A stretch of 64,000 bases of DNA from an uncultured Actinomycetota bacterium (GTDB taxonomy: Bacteria > Actinomycetota > Actinomycetes > Mycobacteriales > Pseudonocardiaceae): the NCBI GenBank assembly GCA_963739465.1, contig CAVUAS010000005.1, positions 218,261 to 282,260 on the forward strand. Reading direction: 5' to 3'. The notes beneath the pieces were generated by a model that made no database searches, was not told the origin of the DNA, and saw only the letters and a list, made by a program, of their open reading frames with translations. Shown piece after piece: positions 22,302 to 32,051 of this stretch. A program made the position numbers and the translations under genes. Within the stretch, counting starts at the first letter, position 1, and the number at the start of each line of letters is the position of its first letter.

Positions 22302-22328
22302 GGTCGAGACGTTAGGCCATGTCCGGGC

Positions 22329-22598
22329 TCAGGTGCGGCCGAGGAATCCGAAGCCGAGCGGGCGGTGGTAGGCGGCGACGAGCGCGACCCCGGCGATGGC
22401 CATGCCGAGCACGGCGACCGACACCGAGACGATGGCCGACCCGAGCACGATCACCACCAGGCCGACGGCCAGCAGCACGGCCGGGCCCGTGAGCCTGCGT
22501 CTGCCCAGCCGAGTGAACAGGCGCACGAGCTCGGGATCTGACCGGCGCAGCTCCTGCTCGATGCTCTCAAGGACTCGGCGTTCGCGGTCACTCATCAC
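22329..22598 (-). CDS. DUF3040-like small membrane protein
   Basis: LESIEQELRRSDPEL followed by two hydrophobic helices. Confidence 0.75.
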   Translation of the reverse strand: MMSDRERRVLESIEQELRRSDPELVRLFTRLGRRRLTGPAVLLAVGLVVIVLGSAIVSVSVAVLGMAIAGVALVAAYHRPLGFGFLGRT

Positions 22599-22658
22599 GG
22601 ACCACCTCCATCCGTGAGGAGGGTATTGCCCGTCCGGACGGACTCTAATCCGGGGTCG

Positions 22659-23423
22659 TTACAGACTTGTGATCGCAGCGTGCCCCGAAATCAGCCCAGA
22701 GGCTTGTTCCGCGCACTCGATCGTGGCGAGGTGCGCACCGGGGAGGATCTCCAGGCGGGCGCCCGGGATGTTGTCGGCGAGGGTGTGGGCGTGCGGGTCG
22801 ACCGGGGTGGACGGATCGTCCGCACCGCCGATGACGAGCGTGGGCACGGCCACCGCGGGGAGCCGCGCGCGGTGGTCCCACGCGGCGATGGCCCGGCAAC
22901 AGCCGACATAGCCCGCGTCCGGCGTGCCCGCGATCTGGTTGCGCAGCGCGGCGACGACGTCGGGGTGCGCGGCCGCCCACGCCGGGGTGAACCAGCGGCT
23001 GACGACGGCGTCGGCGATCCCGGCCGTGCCGCCCGCCTCGACCGCGGCGATCCGCTCGTCCCACGGGCCGCGGTCGGCGAAGTGCGCGGTGGTGCAGCAG
23101 AGCGTGAGGCTGGTGAGCCGCTCGGGGTGCTCCGAGCCGAGGTACATGCCGACCATCCCGCCCAGCGACAGCCCGCAGAACGCGACCCGGGCGAGCCCGA
23201 GGTCGTCGAGCAGGGCGAGCACGTCGGCGGCGAGCTCGGGCATGGCGTACGGGCCGGGCGGCACCGGCGAACCGCCGTGGCCGCGGTGGTCGATGCGGAT
23301 CACGCGGAACCGGCCCGCCAGGGTCAGCTGCGGCTCCCACATTGCCAGCGTGGCGCCCAGCGAACCCGCGAACATGAGCACCGGCCCGTCGCGGGGGCCG
23401 TCGTCGGCGTAGTGCAGCTTCAT
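22659..23423 (-). CDS. pcaD: 3-oxoadipate enol-lactonase
   Basis: SLGATLAMWEPQ, DHRGHGGS, GLSLGGMVG, GAHLATIE. Confidence 0.88.
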   Translation of the reverse strand: MKLHYADDGPRDGPVLMFAGSLGATLAMWEPQLTLAGRFRVIRIDHRGHGGSPVPPGPYAMPELAADVLALLDDLGLARVAFCGLSLGGMVGMYLGSEHPERLTSLTLCCTTAHFADRGPWDERIAAVEAGGTAGIADAVVSRWFTPAWAAAHPDVVAALRNQIAGTPDAGYVGCCRAIAAWDHRARLPAVAVPTLVIGGADDPSTPVDPHAHTLADNIPGARLEILPGAHLATIECAEQASGLISGHAAITSL

Positions 23424-24163
23424 TCGTCGACCGTCGTCATGGACCGCAGGGTGGAGACCTCGGCGTCCGTCGGCGGTGCGGTGATCATGAGGTCCGCCGA
23501 GACCTGCAGCTCCCACCCCGTCTGCGCCCGCACCTCCTCGACCGAGACGCCCTGGTGGACGGCGGTGAGCACGAGCTCCTTGGTCTCCGGATCGGGCTCG
23601 AGCAGGCCGAGGTCGGTGATCACGCGGGTGGGGCCGCGGCCGCGCAGGCCGAGCACCGCGCGGTCGTCGGGGCCGGTGCCGTAGCCGACGGAGCTGACGA
23701 AGTCGACCTGCTCGACGAACGCCCGCGCCCGATGCCGCATCACGACGATCACCTCGCGGCAAGACGCCGCGATCTCCGGCGCGCCGCCGGAGCCGGGCAG
23801 CCGCACGAGGGGCTCGTCGTACTCGCCGATGACGGTGGTGTTGATGTTGCCTAAGCGGTCGATCTGCGCGCCGGAGAGGAAGCCGACGTCGATCCGGCCG
23901 GGCTGCAGCCAGTAGTTGAACACCTCGGGCACGCTGATGACGGTGAGCGCGGACGTCGCCAGCACGCCGTCGCCGATGGACAGCGGCAGCACGTCGGGGC
24001 GGGTGTCGAGGGCGCCGGACTCGTAGACCAGCACGAGGTTGGGCGCGTGCAGGCGGCGGGCGAGGTTGGCCGCCGTCGACGGGAGCCCGATCCCGACGAA
24101 GCACACTTGGCCGTCGCGCAGGGTCCGGGCCGCGGCGATGCTCATCATCTCGTCGGGGGTCAT
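23420..24163 (-). CDS. CoA-transferase subunit B (CatJ/GctB type)
   Basis: FVGIGLPS, VLVYESG, GFLSGAQIDRLGNIN, PGSGGAPEIA. Confidence 0.9.
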   Translation of the reverse strand: MTPDEMMSIAAARTLRDGQVCFVGIGLPSTAANLARRLHAPNLVLVYESGALDTRPDVLPLSIGDGVLATSALTVISVPEVFNYWLQPGRIDVGFLSGAQIDRLGNINTTVIGEYDEPLVRLPGSGGAPEIAASCREVIVVMRHRARAFVEQVDFVSSVGYGTGPDDRAVLGLRGRGPTRVITDLGLLEPDPETKELVLTAVHQGVSVEEVRAQTGWELQVSADLMITAPPTDAEVSTLRSMTTVDE

Positions 24164-24969
24164 GCCGCCACCTCGCGCAGCTCGCCGAGCCAGCGGCGGA
24201 AGGCGGCCCGGTCGCGGCTGATCGCGTCCCAGGCGCGGTACGCGGCGTTGTCGCGGTCGTAGTAGTCCTGCGCGTAGGACGGAGCGGCCCCGCCGGGCGT
24301 CACCGCGATCATCTCGATCACCCAGTGCGGCAGCACCACCGCGCCGGGCACCGGGTTGAGCTCGTCCACGATCTCCTCGACGGTGACCAGCGCGCGTTGC
24401 GACGCCAGCACGACCTCCTTCTGCACGCCGACGATCCCCCACAGCTGGACGTTGCCGTGCCGGTCGGCGCGTTGGGCGTGCACGATGCCGACGTCGGGGG
24501 TGAGCGCCTGGACCGCGGCCAGCTCCTCGCCGGTGAACGGGCAGGTGACGGCGGCGATCGTCGGCGTGTGCTGGGGCAGGTCGGTGCCCGCGTACCCGCG
24601 CAGCACGGCGAACGGCAGCCCGGACGCACCGGCGACGTAGCGGTTGGCCATGCCCGCGTGGCTGTGTTCCTCGATCGCGAGCGGGAGGGGCCAGCCGTTG
24701 GCCAGCGCGTCGCGCATGCGGTGCAGCGAGCCGACGCCGGGGTTGCCGCCCCAGGAGAAGACGAGCTTGGCCGCGCAGCCCGCGCCGATGAGCTGGTCGT
24801 AGATGACGTCGGGGGTCATCCGCACGAGCGTGAGGTCGCGCAGGCCCTGCCGGATGATCTCGTGGCCCGCGGCGAAGGGGATGAGGTGGGTGAAGCCCTC
24901 GAGTGCGACGGTGTCGCCGTCGCGGACCAGCCCCGCCACCGCCTCCGCCAACGGCACGATCTTCGGCAC
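24160..24969 (-). CDS. CoA-transferase subunit A (CatI/GctA type)
   Basis: ALEGFTHLIP, RMTPDVIYDQLIGAG, HAQRADRHGN. Confidence 0.9.
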   Translation of the reverse strand: MPKIVPLAEAVAGLVRDGDTVALEGFTHLIPFAAGHEIIRQGLRDLTLVRMTPDVIYDQLIGAGCAAKLVFSWGGNPGVGSLHRMRDALANGWPLPLAIEEHSHAGMANRYVAGASGLPFAVLRGYAGTDLPQHTPTIAAVTCPFTGEELAAVQALTPDVGIVHAQRADRHGNVQLWGIVGVQKEVVLASQRALVTVEEIVDELNPVPGAVVLPHWVIEMIAVTPGGAAPSYAQDYYDRDNAAYRAWDAISRDRAAFRRWLGELREVAA

Positions 24970-25147
24970 GAGGGGAAAGCTAGTGGGCCCGGCCGCGCTG
25001 CGCACCCCCCAGCCCGTCCGTCTTCGGGCGCTCTTCGGCCCCGCCGGCGCCGTGCGAAGTGGACATTCGGGGCTCGGGCGGGGCGGCCGGAGTGCAAGCG
25101 GTCACCTTCGCGCGCGCTCGACTCGCGAGGGTGCCAGGCTGGGCGCC

Positions 25148-25993
25148 GTGGCTTCTGGAGAACTCACCACCCGGTTCACCATCGGCGACCGCACCGTGCA
25201 CCGACTCGGCTACGGCACCATGCAGCTCACCGGCCCGGGGGTGTGGGGGCCGCCCGCGGACCCGGCAGGCGCGGTGGCGGTGCTCCGCCGCGCCGCGGAG
25301 CTGGGCGTCGACCTCTTCGACACGGCCGACTCCTACGGCCCCTACGTCGCCGAGGACCTCCTTCGCGAGGCGCTGCACCCCTACGACGGCCTGACGATCG
25401 CGACCAAGGCCGGCTTCCTACGCACGGGGCCCGCGAAGTGGGTCCCCTGCGGTCGCCCGGCGTACCTGCGGCAGGAGTGCGAGATGTCGCTGCGCCGCCT
25501 CGGCCTAGAGCGCATCGACCTCTTCCAGCTGCACCGCGTCGATCCGACCGTGCCCGCCGACGACCAGTTCGGCCTCCTCGCCGAGCTGCAGGCCGAGGGC
25601 AAGATCGCTGCGGTTGGGCTGTCCGAGGTGGACGTCGACCAGATCGAGCGGGCGCGCGCCATCGTCGACATCGCGACCGTGCAGAACCGCTACAACCTCC
25701 TCGACCGGGCCAGCGACGCCGTGCTGCGCTACTGCACCGAGCAGGGCATCGGGTTCCTGCCGTGGCACCCGATCGCGTCCGGGCGGCTCGCCGAGCCGGG
25801 CGGGCCGGTGGCGGAGGCGGCTGAGCGGTTCGGCGTCACCGCCTCGGCGGTGGCGCTGGCGTGGCTGCTGCAGCGGTCGTCGGTGATGCTGCCGATCCCG
25901 GGCACGTCGAGCGTCGCGCACCTGGAGGAGAACCTGCGCGCCGCCACGCTGCGCCTCGATCTGGAGACGGTGGAGAAGCTAGACGTGGGCTGA
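25148..25993 (+). CDS. Aldo/keto reductase
   Basis: RLGYGTMQL, FDTADSYG, IATKAG, IDLFQLHR, VQNRYN, IPGTSSVAHLEEN. Confidence 0.93.
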   Translation: MASGELTTRFTIGDRTVHRLGYGTMQLTGPGVWGPPADPAGAVAVLRRAAELGVDLFDTADSYGPYVAEDLLREALHPYDGLTIATKAGFLRTGPAKWVPCGRPAYLRQECEMSLRRLGLERIDLFQLHRVDPTVPADDQFGLLAELQAEGKIAAVGLSEVDVDQIERARAIVDIATVQNRYNLLDRASDAVLRYCTEQGIGFLPWHPIASGRLAEPGGPVAEAAERFGVTASAVALAWLLQRSSVMLPIPGTSSVAHLEENLRAATLRLDLETVEKLDVG

Positions 25994-25995
25994 CC

Positions 25996-26039
25996 TCGTG
26001 AGTGGATAACGCTGTTCCAGCAACCTTTTCCACTCACGA
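25996..26039. repeat. REP-like palindrome, copy 3
   Basis: TCGTGAGTGGATA...TTTTCCACTCACGA, 2 bp after the AKR stop codon. Confidence 0.85.
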
Positions 26040-26045
26040 CGCTAT

Positions 26046-28166
26046 GTGCACGTGGACGATCTCGCCGACGCGCTGGCCTCCGGCCGGGAGTGCGACCTCG
26101 CGGGCGCCGACGTGCCCGCCGCGCACCTCGTGGCGCTGCTCACCGCGCCCGCCCCACCGGGGGCCCCGGCGTTGCGGCTTCGGCGCGCCACCGTCCTCGG
26201 CGCGCTGCGCCTGCACGGCGCACGGGTGGGCGTGCCCGTCAAGCTGCGCGAGTGCACGTTCGCGCACGCCCCCGACCTGCGGATGGCCGAGCTCGCCGGG
26301 CTCGCGCTGACCGGGTCGCGCCTGCCCGGGCTGCGAGCGGGCAACCTGCGCGTCGCCGCCGACCTCCTCCTCGACGACGGCTTCGACGCCGCGGGCTCGG
26401 TCGACCTCACCGACGCCCAGATCGGTGGCTCGCTGCGGCTGTCCGGCGGCCGGCTGCGTGGCGGCGGCGAACACGCGCTCGTGGCCGACCGCGTCGTCGT
26501 CGAGGGCACCTGGTACGCACGGCGGCTGCGCGCGGACGCCGAGGTGCGGCTGCCCGGCGCACGGATCACCGGCAACGTCGACCTGGCGGGCGCCGTGCTC
26601 GGCTCGCCGACCGGCGACGCGCTGGACGCCACCGGCATCACCGTCGGCGGCAGCCTGCTCGCCGGGCGGCACGCGACCGGGCCGACGTTCACCGCCTCCG
26701 GCCGGGTCCGGCTCGCGGGCGCTCGCGTCGGCGGTGACCTGGTCTTCTCCGGCGCCGACATCGCGTCGACGACCATCCCGGACCCCGGCGAGGACGCCCC
26801 GGAAGGCAGCCGGGCGCCGGTGCTGCCCGCGGGGATCGTCGACCCGGCGGCGTGCCTCGTGGGCGACCGGCTGCACGTCGACGGCAACCTCGAGCTCGAC
26901 GACGGCCTGTGCACCACCGGCACCGTCCGCCTGCCCAACGCCGTGATCGGCGGGTACCTGCGGCTGTCCGGCGCGCGGCTCACCGCGGGCTCCGCGCGGG
27001 GAGTCGCGCTGCTGGCCGACGGGATGGAGGTCGGCGGCGACATCGAAGGCCGCGACACCGGCCGTGGCCCGATCTCCTGCGCGGGCCAGCTGCGGCTGGT
27101 CGACGCGACCGTGCGGGGGACGGCGAGCCTCTCGGGAGCGCGCCTGGGCGCGCCGGACGGCTACGCGCTGCTCGGCGACCGGCTGCGCGTCGGCGGCGAG
27201 CTCTACCTGCGCCGCGCCCGGTGCGAGGGCACGCTGCGGATGCAGAACGTGGACGTCGGCGCGACCCTCGACTGCACCGGCGCCGCACTGACCCGCCCCC
27301 GCCTGCGTCCCGACGACACCCTGCGCCCTTCGCTCGACCTGCGAGCCGCCACGATCGGCAAGGACCTGCTCTGCGTCGACGGGTTCGCCGCGGCCGGAGG
27401 CGTGCGGGCACGGGTGGCGGACGTGCACAAGTCCGTCCAGGTCATCGACGCCACGCTCGGCACCGCGGGCCGCACCCGCTACGCGCTCAACCTGTACGGC
27501 CTGACGACCACCGACCTCGTCGTCCTCCCCGCTCGGGCGCCCGCGGGCGCGGTACGCCTGGCTGCGGCCCGGGTCGGCACATTCACCGACGCGGAGGAGC
27601 TCTGGGCGGCCGAGGGCGGCGTCGCGGTCGACGGTTTCGGCTAGCAGATGATCGACGACACTCGGATCACCGACCCCCGACAGCGGCTTCACCTGCTCGA
27701 ACAGGCGACGGGCGACTACGCCCCGGGACCCTACGAGCAGCTCGCCGCCGCGTACCGGCGCGCGGGCCACGAGGACCGAGCCGAGCGCGTGCTGATGACG
27801 CGCCAGATCCGCCGCTACGGCGAGGCCGGGCCCGCCGGTCGGACGTGGGGCGCGCTGCAGCGCTGGACGGTCGGATTCGGGTATCAGCCCTGGTTGGCGG
27901 TGTGCTGGCTGGTGCTGGCGTGGCTGCTCGGCGGCCTGTGGTTCGTCGGGCACATGCCGAGTCCGGTCGACGACGGCCAGCACCCGGTCTTCGACCCTTG
28001 GATCTTCGCCGCGGACACGCTCCTCCCGATCGTGAACCTCGGGCAGGACGGGTACTGGCGATTGGAGGGCGCGTCGCAGTGGATCGCGACCGCGCTTGAC
28101 GTGGTCGGGTGGATTCTGGCGACGACGGCTGCGGCGGGTGCTGCCCGGATCCTCAAACGGGTGTAG
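26046..28166 (+). pseudogene. Beta-repeat 'membrane-associated oxidoreductase'-like protein interrupted by an in-frame TAG at 27642-27644
   Basis: ORFs 26046-27644 and 27648-28166 share a frame; repeated G.V.L..A.IGG.L units; C-terminal PYEQLAAAYR..G, VGFGYQPW, DTLLPIVNLGQ, GWILAT motifs. Confidence 0.7.
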
Positions 28167-28282
28167 CGCCACCACCCTGACGAGTTGATTCACCCGAGAG
28201 GGCTGTAACGGCTCGGCTGAACCCGTTTCCCCTGGCTGTGTGACCCCGTTATGGGTGGCAGCGACCCCTTGAAGGAGGAGAC

Positions 28283-28756
28283 GTGGTGATCGAAGAACTG
28301 ATCGGTGGGCCGAGAGTCGGCAGGCACGCGCTCGACGAGGACGCCATCCAGACCCCGATCTTCGCCGCCCTGACGCGGAGTGGTTGGCGGGAGCGACGGC
28401 CGGTACGGACGGCGGATTCGTTGGACGAGTTCCGCCGCGATCCCCTGACCGCGCCGATCCCCGTCCAGCTCGAAGCCGTCGTCGCGCCCGCGGGGCAGGA
28501 TGCGGGGGCCGACCTGGCGCGCCGACGGGCGGCCCGGGAGCGGTCGGTCTCGTCGTCAGGCCCGCGGGGCGTGACGGGTGCGCTGATCGCGGACATGACG
28601 ATGTGCACCGCCACCGACGTCACGCATCGGCGGGTGCCCGCTGCCGCACGGGGACGGGCGGCCCGGGAGCGGTCGACGCAGCGCGAATGGCCGGGCCTGG
28701 ACGCGTTGGCGGACACCGGGCGCCACCACCTGCAGCCGGTCGCCGCGAACTGGTAG
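28283..28756 (+). CDS. Hypothetical low-complexity protein
   Basis: Strong GAAGGAGG RBS; TPIFAAL and GRH motifs; RAARERS occurs twice. Confidence 0.55.
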   Translation: MVIEELIGGPRVGRHALDEDAIQTPIFAALTRSGWRERRPVRTADSLDEFRRDPLTAPIPVQLEAVVAPAGQDAGADLARRRAARERSVSSSGPRGVTGALIADMTMCTATDVTHRRVPAAARGRAARERSTQREWPGLDALADTGRHHLQPVAANW

Positions 28757-28821
28757 GTGGGCACGGCCGCGAGACCGACGGTTCCGGTGATCAAGTCCCG
28801 CGAACGTCGGTCTCGCCGCGA

Positions 28822-30135
28822 TCACGCGCGCAGGCGGGCGGCCACCGACCGCAGCCCGGCCCTCGTGGCGGCGCGGTCGACCCGCGTCGGCTCGCCGTCG
28901 GCCAGGACGGCCTCGCCCGCGACCCACACGTCGGTCACCAGCCGTGCCCCGCCCGCCCACACGAGGTTGGACAGCAGCTGCGCGTCGTCGGCCGGGTCGG
29001 TGAACACCGCGTCGTCGAGGTCGACGTGCACCAGGTCGGCCCACCGCCCAGCCTCCAGGGCGCCGAGGTCCGAGCGCCCGATCGCGGCGGCGCCGTCGCG
29101 CGTGGCCATCAGCAGCAGCTCGGCGGCCGTCAGCGCGGCGGCGTCGCCCGTGCTCACGCGGGCGAACAGGCCCGCGAGCCGGGCCTGCGCCCACAGGTCG
29201 AGGTCGTCGCCGGACGCCGGGCCGTCGGTACCCAGCCCCACCCGCACGCCCGCCCGCCGCAGCGCCGTGATCCGCGCCACCCCGGCCGCGAGCTTCGCGT
29301 TCGAGCCCGGGCAGTGCGCCACCGCCGCACCCCGCAACGCCAGGAGCGCCACGTCCGCATCCGACAGCTGCACCCCGTGCGCCGCCAACACCCGCCCACC
29401 CAGCAGGCCGACCGCGTCGAGCAGCGCGGGCACCGAGCCGTAGGCCGCGCGCTGGTCCCGGTCCTCGTCGGCGGTCTCGGCCACGTGGATGTGCACCAGC
29501 GCACCCCGCGCCCGGGCGTGCTCCCCGACCGACGCGAGCGCCTCCGGCGGCAGTGTGTACGCCGCGTGCGGCCCGTACCCGAGCTCGATCCGCTCACCCG
29601 GTCCGGACCGCAGGCCCTCGGCGTCGATCCGCGCGGAGACGTCGTCGCGCATCGCCTCCCACGGCCCGAGCCGATCCCACCCGGGCGCCGCGATGATCCC
29701 CGGCGTGAGCAGCACCCGCGAGCCGACGGCGATCACCGCGTCGAGCACGGCGTCGGTGAAGAAGTACATCTCGACGCTGGTGGTGCACCCGGTGCGGAGC
29801 AGTTCGACGCAGCCCGCGGTCATGGCGGTGCGCACGTCGTCGGCGCGCAGCCTGCCCTCCGCGGGCCAGATCACCTCGCGTAGCCAGCGCATCAGCGGCA
29901 GGTCGCCGCCGAGCCCGCGCAGCGCCACCATCGGCGTGTGCGCATGCGCGTTGACCAGCCCGGGGAGCAGCAGCCCCGACAACGCCCGCACCGGCGCCGA
30001 CGAGGGCGGCGCGGCGGCCCGGGGACCGATGAAGGCGATGCGGCCGTCCGCGTCGACGTCGACGACGGCGTCGCGCAGGACCGAACATGAAGCATCGCAG
30101 GGCAGAACGACGGGCGCCGTGAGGCGCAGTGTCAC
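28822..30135 (-). CDS. Amidohydrolase (MTA/SAH or 5'-deoxyadenosine deaminase-like)
   Basis: PGLVNAHAH, GPHAAYT, IHVAET, HCPGSNAKLAAG, LGTDGPAS, GALEAGRWADLV. Confidence 0.9.
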   Translation of the reverse strand: MTLRLTAPVVLPCDASCSVLRDAVVDVDADGRIAFIGPRAAAPPSSAPVRALSGLLLPGLVNAHAHTPMVALRGLGGDLPLMRWLREVIWPAEGRLRADDVRTAMTAGCVELLRTGCTTSVEMYFFTDAVLDAVIAVGSRVLLTPGIIAAPGWDRLGPWEAMRDDVSARIDAEGLRSGPGERIELGYGPHAAYTLPPEALASVGEHARARGALVHIHVAETADEDRDQRAAYGSVPALLDAVGLLGGRVLAAHGVQLSDADVALLALRGAAVAHCPGSNAKLAAGVARITALRRAGVRVGLGTDGPASGDDLDLWAQARLAGLFARVSTGDAAALTAAELLLMATRDGAAAIGRSDLGALEAGRWADLVHVDLDDAVFTDPADDAQLLSNLVWAGGARLVTDVWVAGEAVLADGEPTRVDRAATRAGLRSVAARLRA

Positions 30136-30749
30136 CGCTTCTCCAGCAGCGACCGCAGCGACCGGAACGGCGGCAGCCACGCCCCGCCGTCGGGCAGCGA
30201 GTCGAGGGAGATGCGCGGCAGCGGCTCGCGGAAGACGCCCTCGATCTCCTCGAGGTCGACGAACTCGATCACCTCGGAGGTGAGCGCGAAGCTCGCGTGC
30301 TCGCGGAACCCGATCACCGTGACGTAGGTGCCGCGGGTGCGCAGCTCCTCCAGCGGCTCCCGGAACGCCCGCCCGTCGCCCGACGCGACGACGACGTGCT
30401 CCAGCATGCCCTCGTCGGAGCGGAGCTTGATGTGGGCCAGCATGTCGTCGTCGATATCGGAATCTTCGGTCGTCTTGGGTTTGGCGAATACGGCGAAACC
30501 GACGTTGCGCAGCGCCTCCACCCACGGCCGGACGACCTCGGTGCTGCCCGGGACGACGTTGGTGAACACGCAGGCCTCGGCGACGGCGTGGTCGCCCGCG
30601 AGCTCGAGCAGCCAGCGGCCGACGGCGTCGAACCGCGGTCGGAACGCCGCCGTCGGGCGGGCGCCGAGCAGCGAGCCGAGGCTCATGTCCATGTTCGGGG
30701 CGTCCCACACCAGCAGCACGCGCGGCTCGGGGCCGGTGGGGGACGTCAT
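30132..30749 (-). CDS. NYN-domain (LabA/DUF88, PIN-like) protein
   Basis: LLVWDAPNMD, FAKPK...DIDDDML, VVASGDG, VIGFRE. Confidence 0.85.
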   Translation of the reverse strand: MTSPTGPEPRVLLVWDAPNMDMSLGSLLGARPTAAFRPRFDAVGRWLLELAGDHAVAEACVFTNVVPGSTEVVRPWVEALRNVGFAVFAKPKTTEDSDIDDDMLAHIKLRSDEGMLEHVVVASGDGRAFREPLEELRTRGTYVTVIGFREHASFALTSEVIEFVDLEEIEGVFREPLPRISLDSLPDGGAWLPPFRSLRSLLEKR

Positions 30750-30800
30750 GGATCCGACCCTATCCCGCTCGTTCCGCGGGGCCGTCGGAGGATCACGGCT

Positions 30801-31262
30801 ATGGACGACGGGACGGACGACGGCGCGGACGACGGTAGGGACGACGGCGGGGAGGTCGCGCGGCGCGCCGCGGCGGCCATGGAGCGGGCCGACGACGCGG
30901 GGCGCGACGCGGGCGTGCGACTGCTCGACGTCGGGCCGGGACGGGCGCGCACGGCGCTCATCGTGGAGCCCCGCCACCTCAACGGGCACGGCATGTGCCA
31001 CGGCGGCTACGTGTTCCTCCTTGCCGATGCCGCGTTCGCGTACGCCTGCAACAGCTACGGGGTCTCGGCGGTGGCGGCGGGCGCCGACATCGACTTCCTG
31101 CGGCCCGTGCCGCTGGGCGCGGAGCTCGTCGCGGAGGCGGTGGAGCGGGCGCGGGCGGGCCGGTCGGGGCTGTACGACGTCTCCGTGCGGGTGGCGGGCG
31201 AGGTGGTGGCGGAGCTGCGCGGACGGGCCCGCCAGGTGCCGGGCCTGCCCGGGCCCGCCTGA
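30801..31262 (+). CDS. paaI: PaaI-type hotdog thioesterase
   Basis: HLNGHGMCHGGYVFLLADAAFAYACNS, SGLYDVSV. Confidence 0.85.
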   Translation: MDDGTDDGADDGRDDGGEVARRAAAAMERADDAGRDAGVRLLDVGPGRARTALIVEPRHLNGHGMCHGGYVFLLADAAFAYACNSYGVSAVAAGADIDFLRPVPLGAELVAEAVERARAGRSGLYDVSVRVAGEVVAELRGRARQVPGLPGPA

Positions 31263-31265
31263 AGG

Positions 31266-31309
31266 TCGTGAGTGGAAATAGTCGCTATAGCGACTATTTC
31301 CACTCACGA
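31266..31309. repeat. REP-like palindrome, copy 4 (perfect)
   Basis: TCGTGAGTGGAAATAGTCGCTATAGCGACTATTTCCACTCACGA is fully self-complementary. Confidence 0.9.
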
Positions 31310-31310
31310 C

Positions 31311-32045
31311 TCAGGAGGCGGCGGGCTGCAACTCGTCGCGCTCGGCGTGCAGGTCGGCCGTCTCCCGGTGGTCGGCGCCGTACGTCGTGACGCTCGCGGC
31401 GATCGCCTCGTCGAACTGCGCGGCCGCGGCGAGCACCTGACCGTCCGCGACGTGGGCGCGCGCCAGCGCGATCCGCAGCTCGATCGCATGCGGGTGCGCG
31501 GTGCCGTGGGCGTCCTCGGCGTCGGTCAGCGCGGTCTGCAGCTGCGCACGGGCCTCGGCCCCGGCGCCTGCGGCGAGGTAGGCGAGGGCGAGGCCCATGC
31601 GGGAGGTCAGCGTGTCGACGTGCGCGCGGCCCAACGCCGCGGTGCGACCCGCCACGACCCGCTTGCCCAACGCCACCGCCTCCGCATTGCGGCCGAGCAG
31701 GCGATGGGCGGTGGCCAGGCAGTCGCCCGCGGTGAGCGTGGCCGGGTCGGTGGGGCCGAGGACGCGCCCGCGGGTATTGTGGACCTCGCGCAGCAGCGCG
31801 TGCCCCTCGTCGACGCGGTCCGCGCAGAGGTAGGCGATCGCGAGGTTGCCCTCCACGGTCAGGGTGGGTCCGCGGCGGACGCCGAACACGCCGCGACAGC
31901 CGGTCAGGAGCTGTTCGAGCCGCGGGACGGCCAGCTCCGGCCGCCCGGCCAAGAGGTGGGCGACCGCCTCCGCGTGCCGCGCGGCCAGGGCCGCTGCGGC
32001 CTTCTCGTCGATGCCGCGGCGCAGCCAGCCCCGCCTTCTCGCCAT
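31311..32045 (-). CDS. Tetratricopeptide-repeat protein
   Basis: Repeated LG..HP.TL....NLA.AY units about 42 aa apart. Confidence 0.85.
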   Translation of the reverse strand: MARRRGWLRRGIDEKAAAALAARHAEAVAHLLAGRPELAVPRLEQLLTGCRGVFGVRRGPTLTVEGNLAIAYLCADRVDEGHALLREVHNTRGRVLGPTDPATLTAGDCLATAHRLLGRNAEAVALGKRVVAGRTAALGRAHVDTLTSRMGLALAYLAAGAGAEARAQLQTALTDAEDAHGTAHPHAIELRIALARAHVADGQVLAAAAQFDEAIAASVTTYGADHRETADLHAERDELQPAAS

Positions 32046-32051
32046 CGGGAC

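Noticed and set aside
27642-27644. Pyrrolysine/selenocysteine recoding
   Set aside because: No pyl or sel genes or obvious recoding element were seen; a TAC-to-TAG change or an error is simpler.
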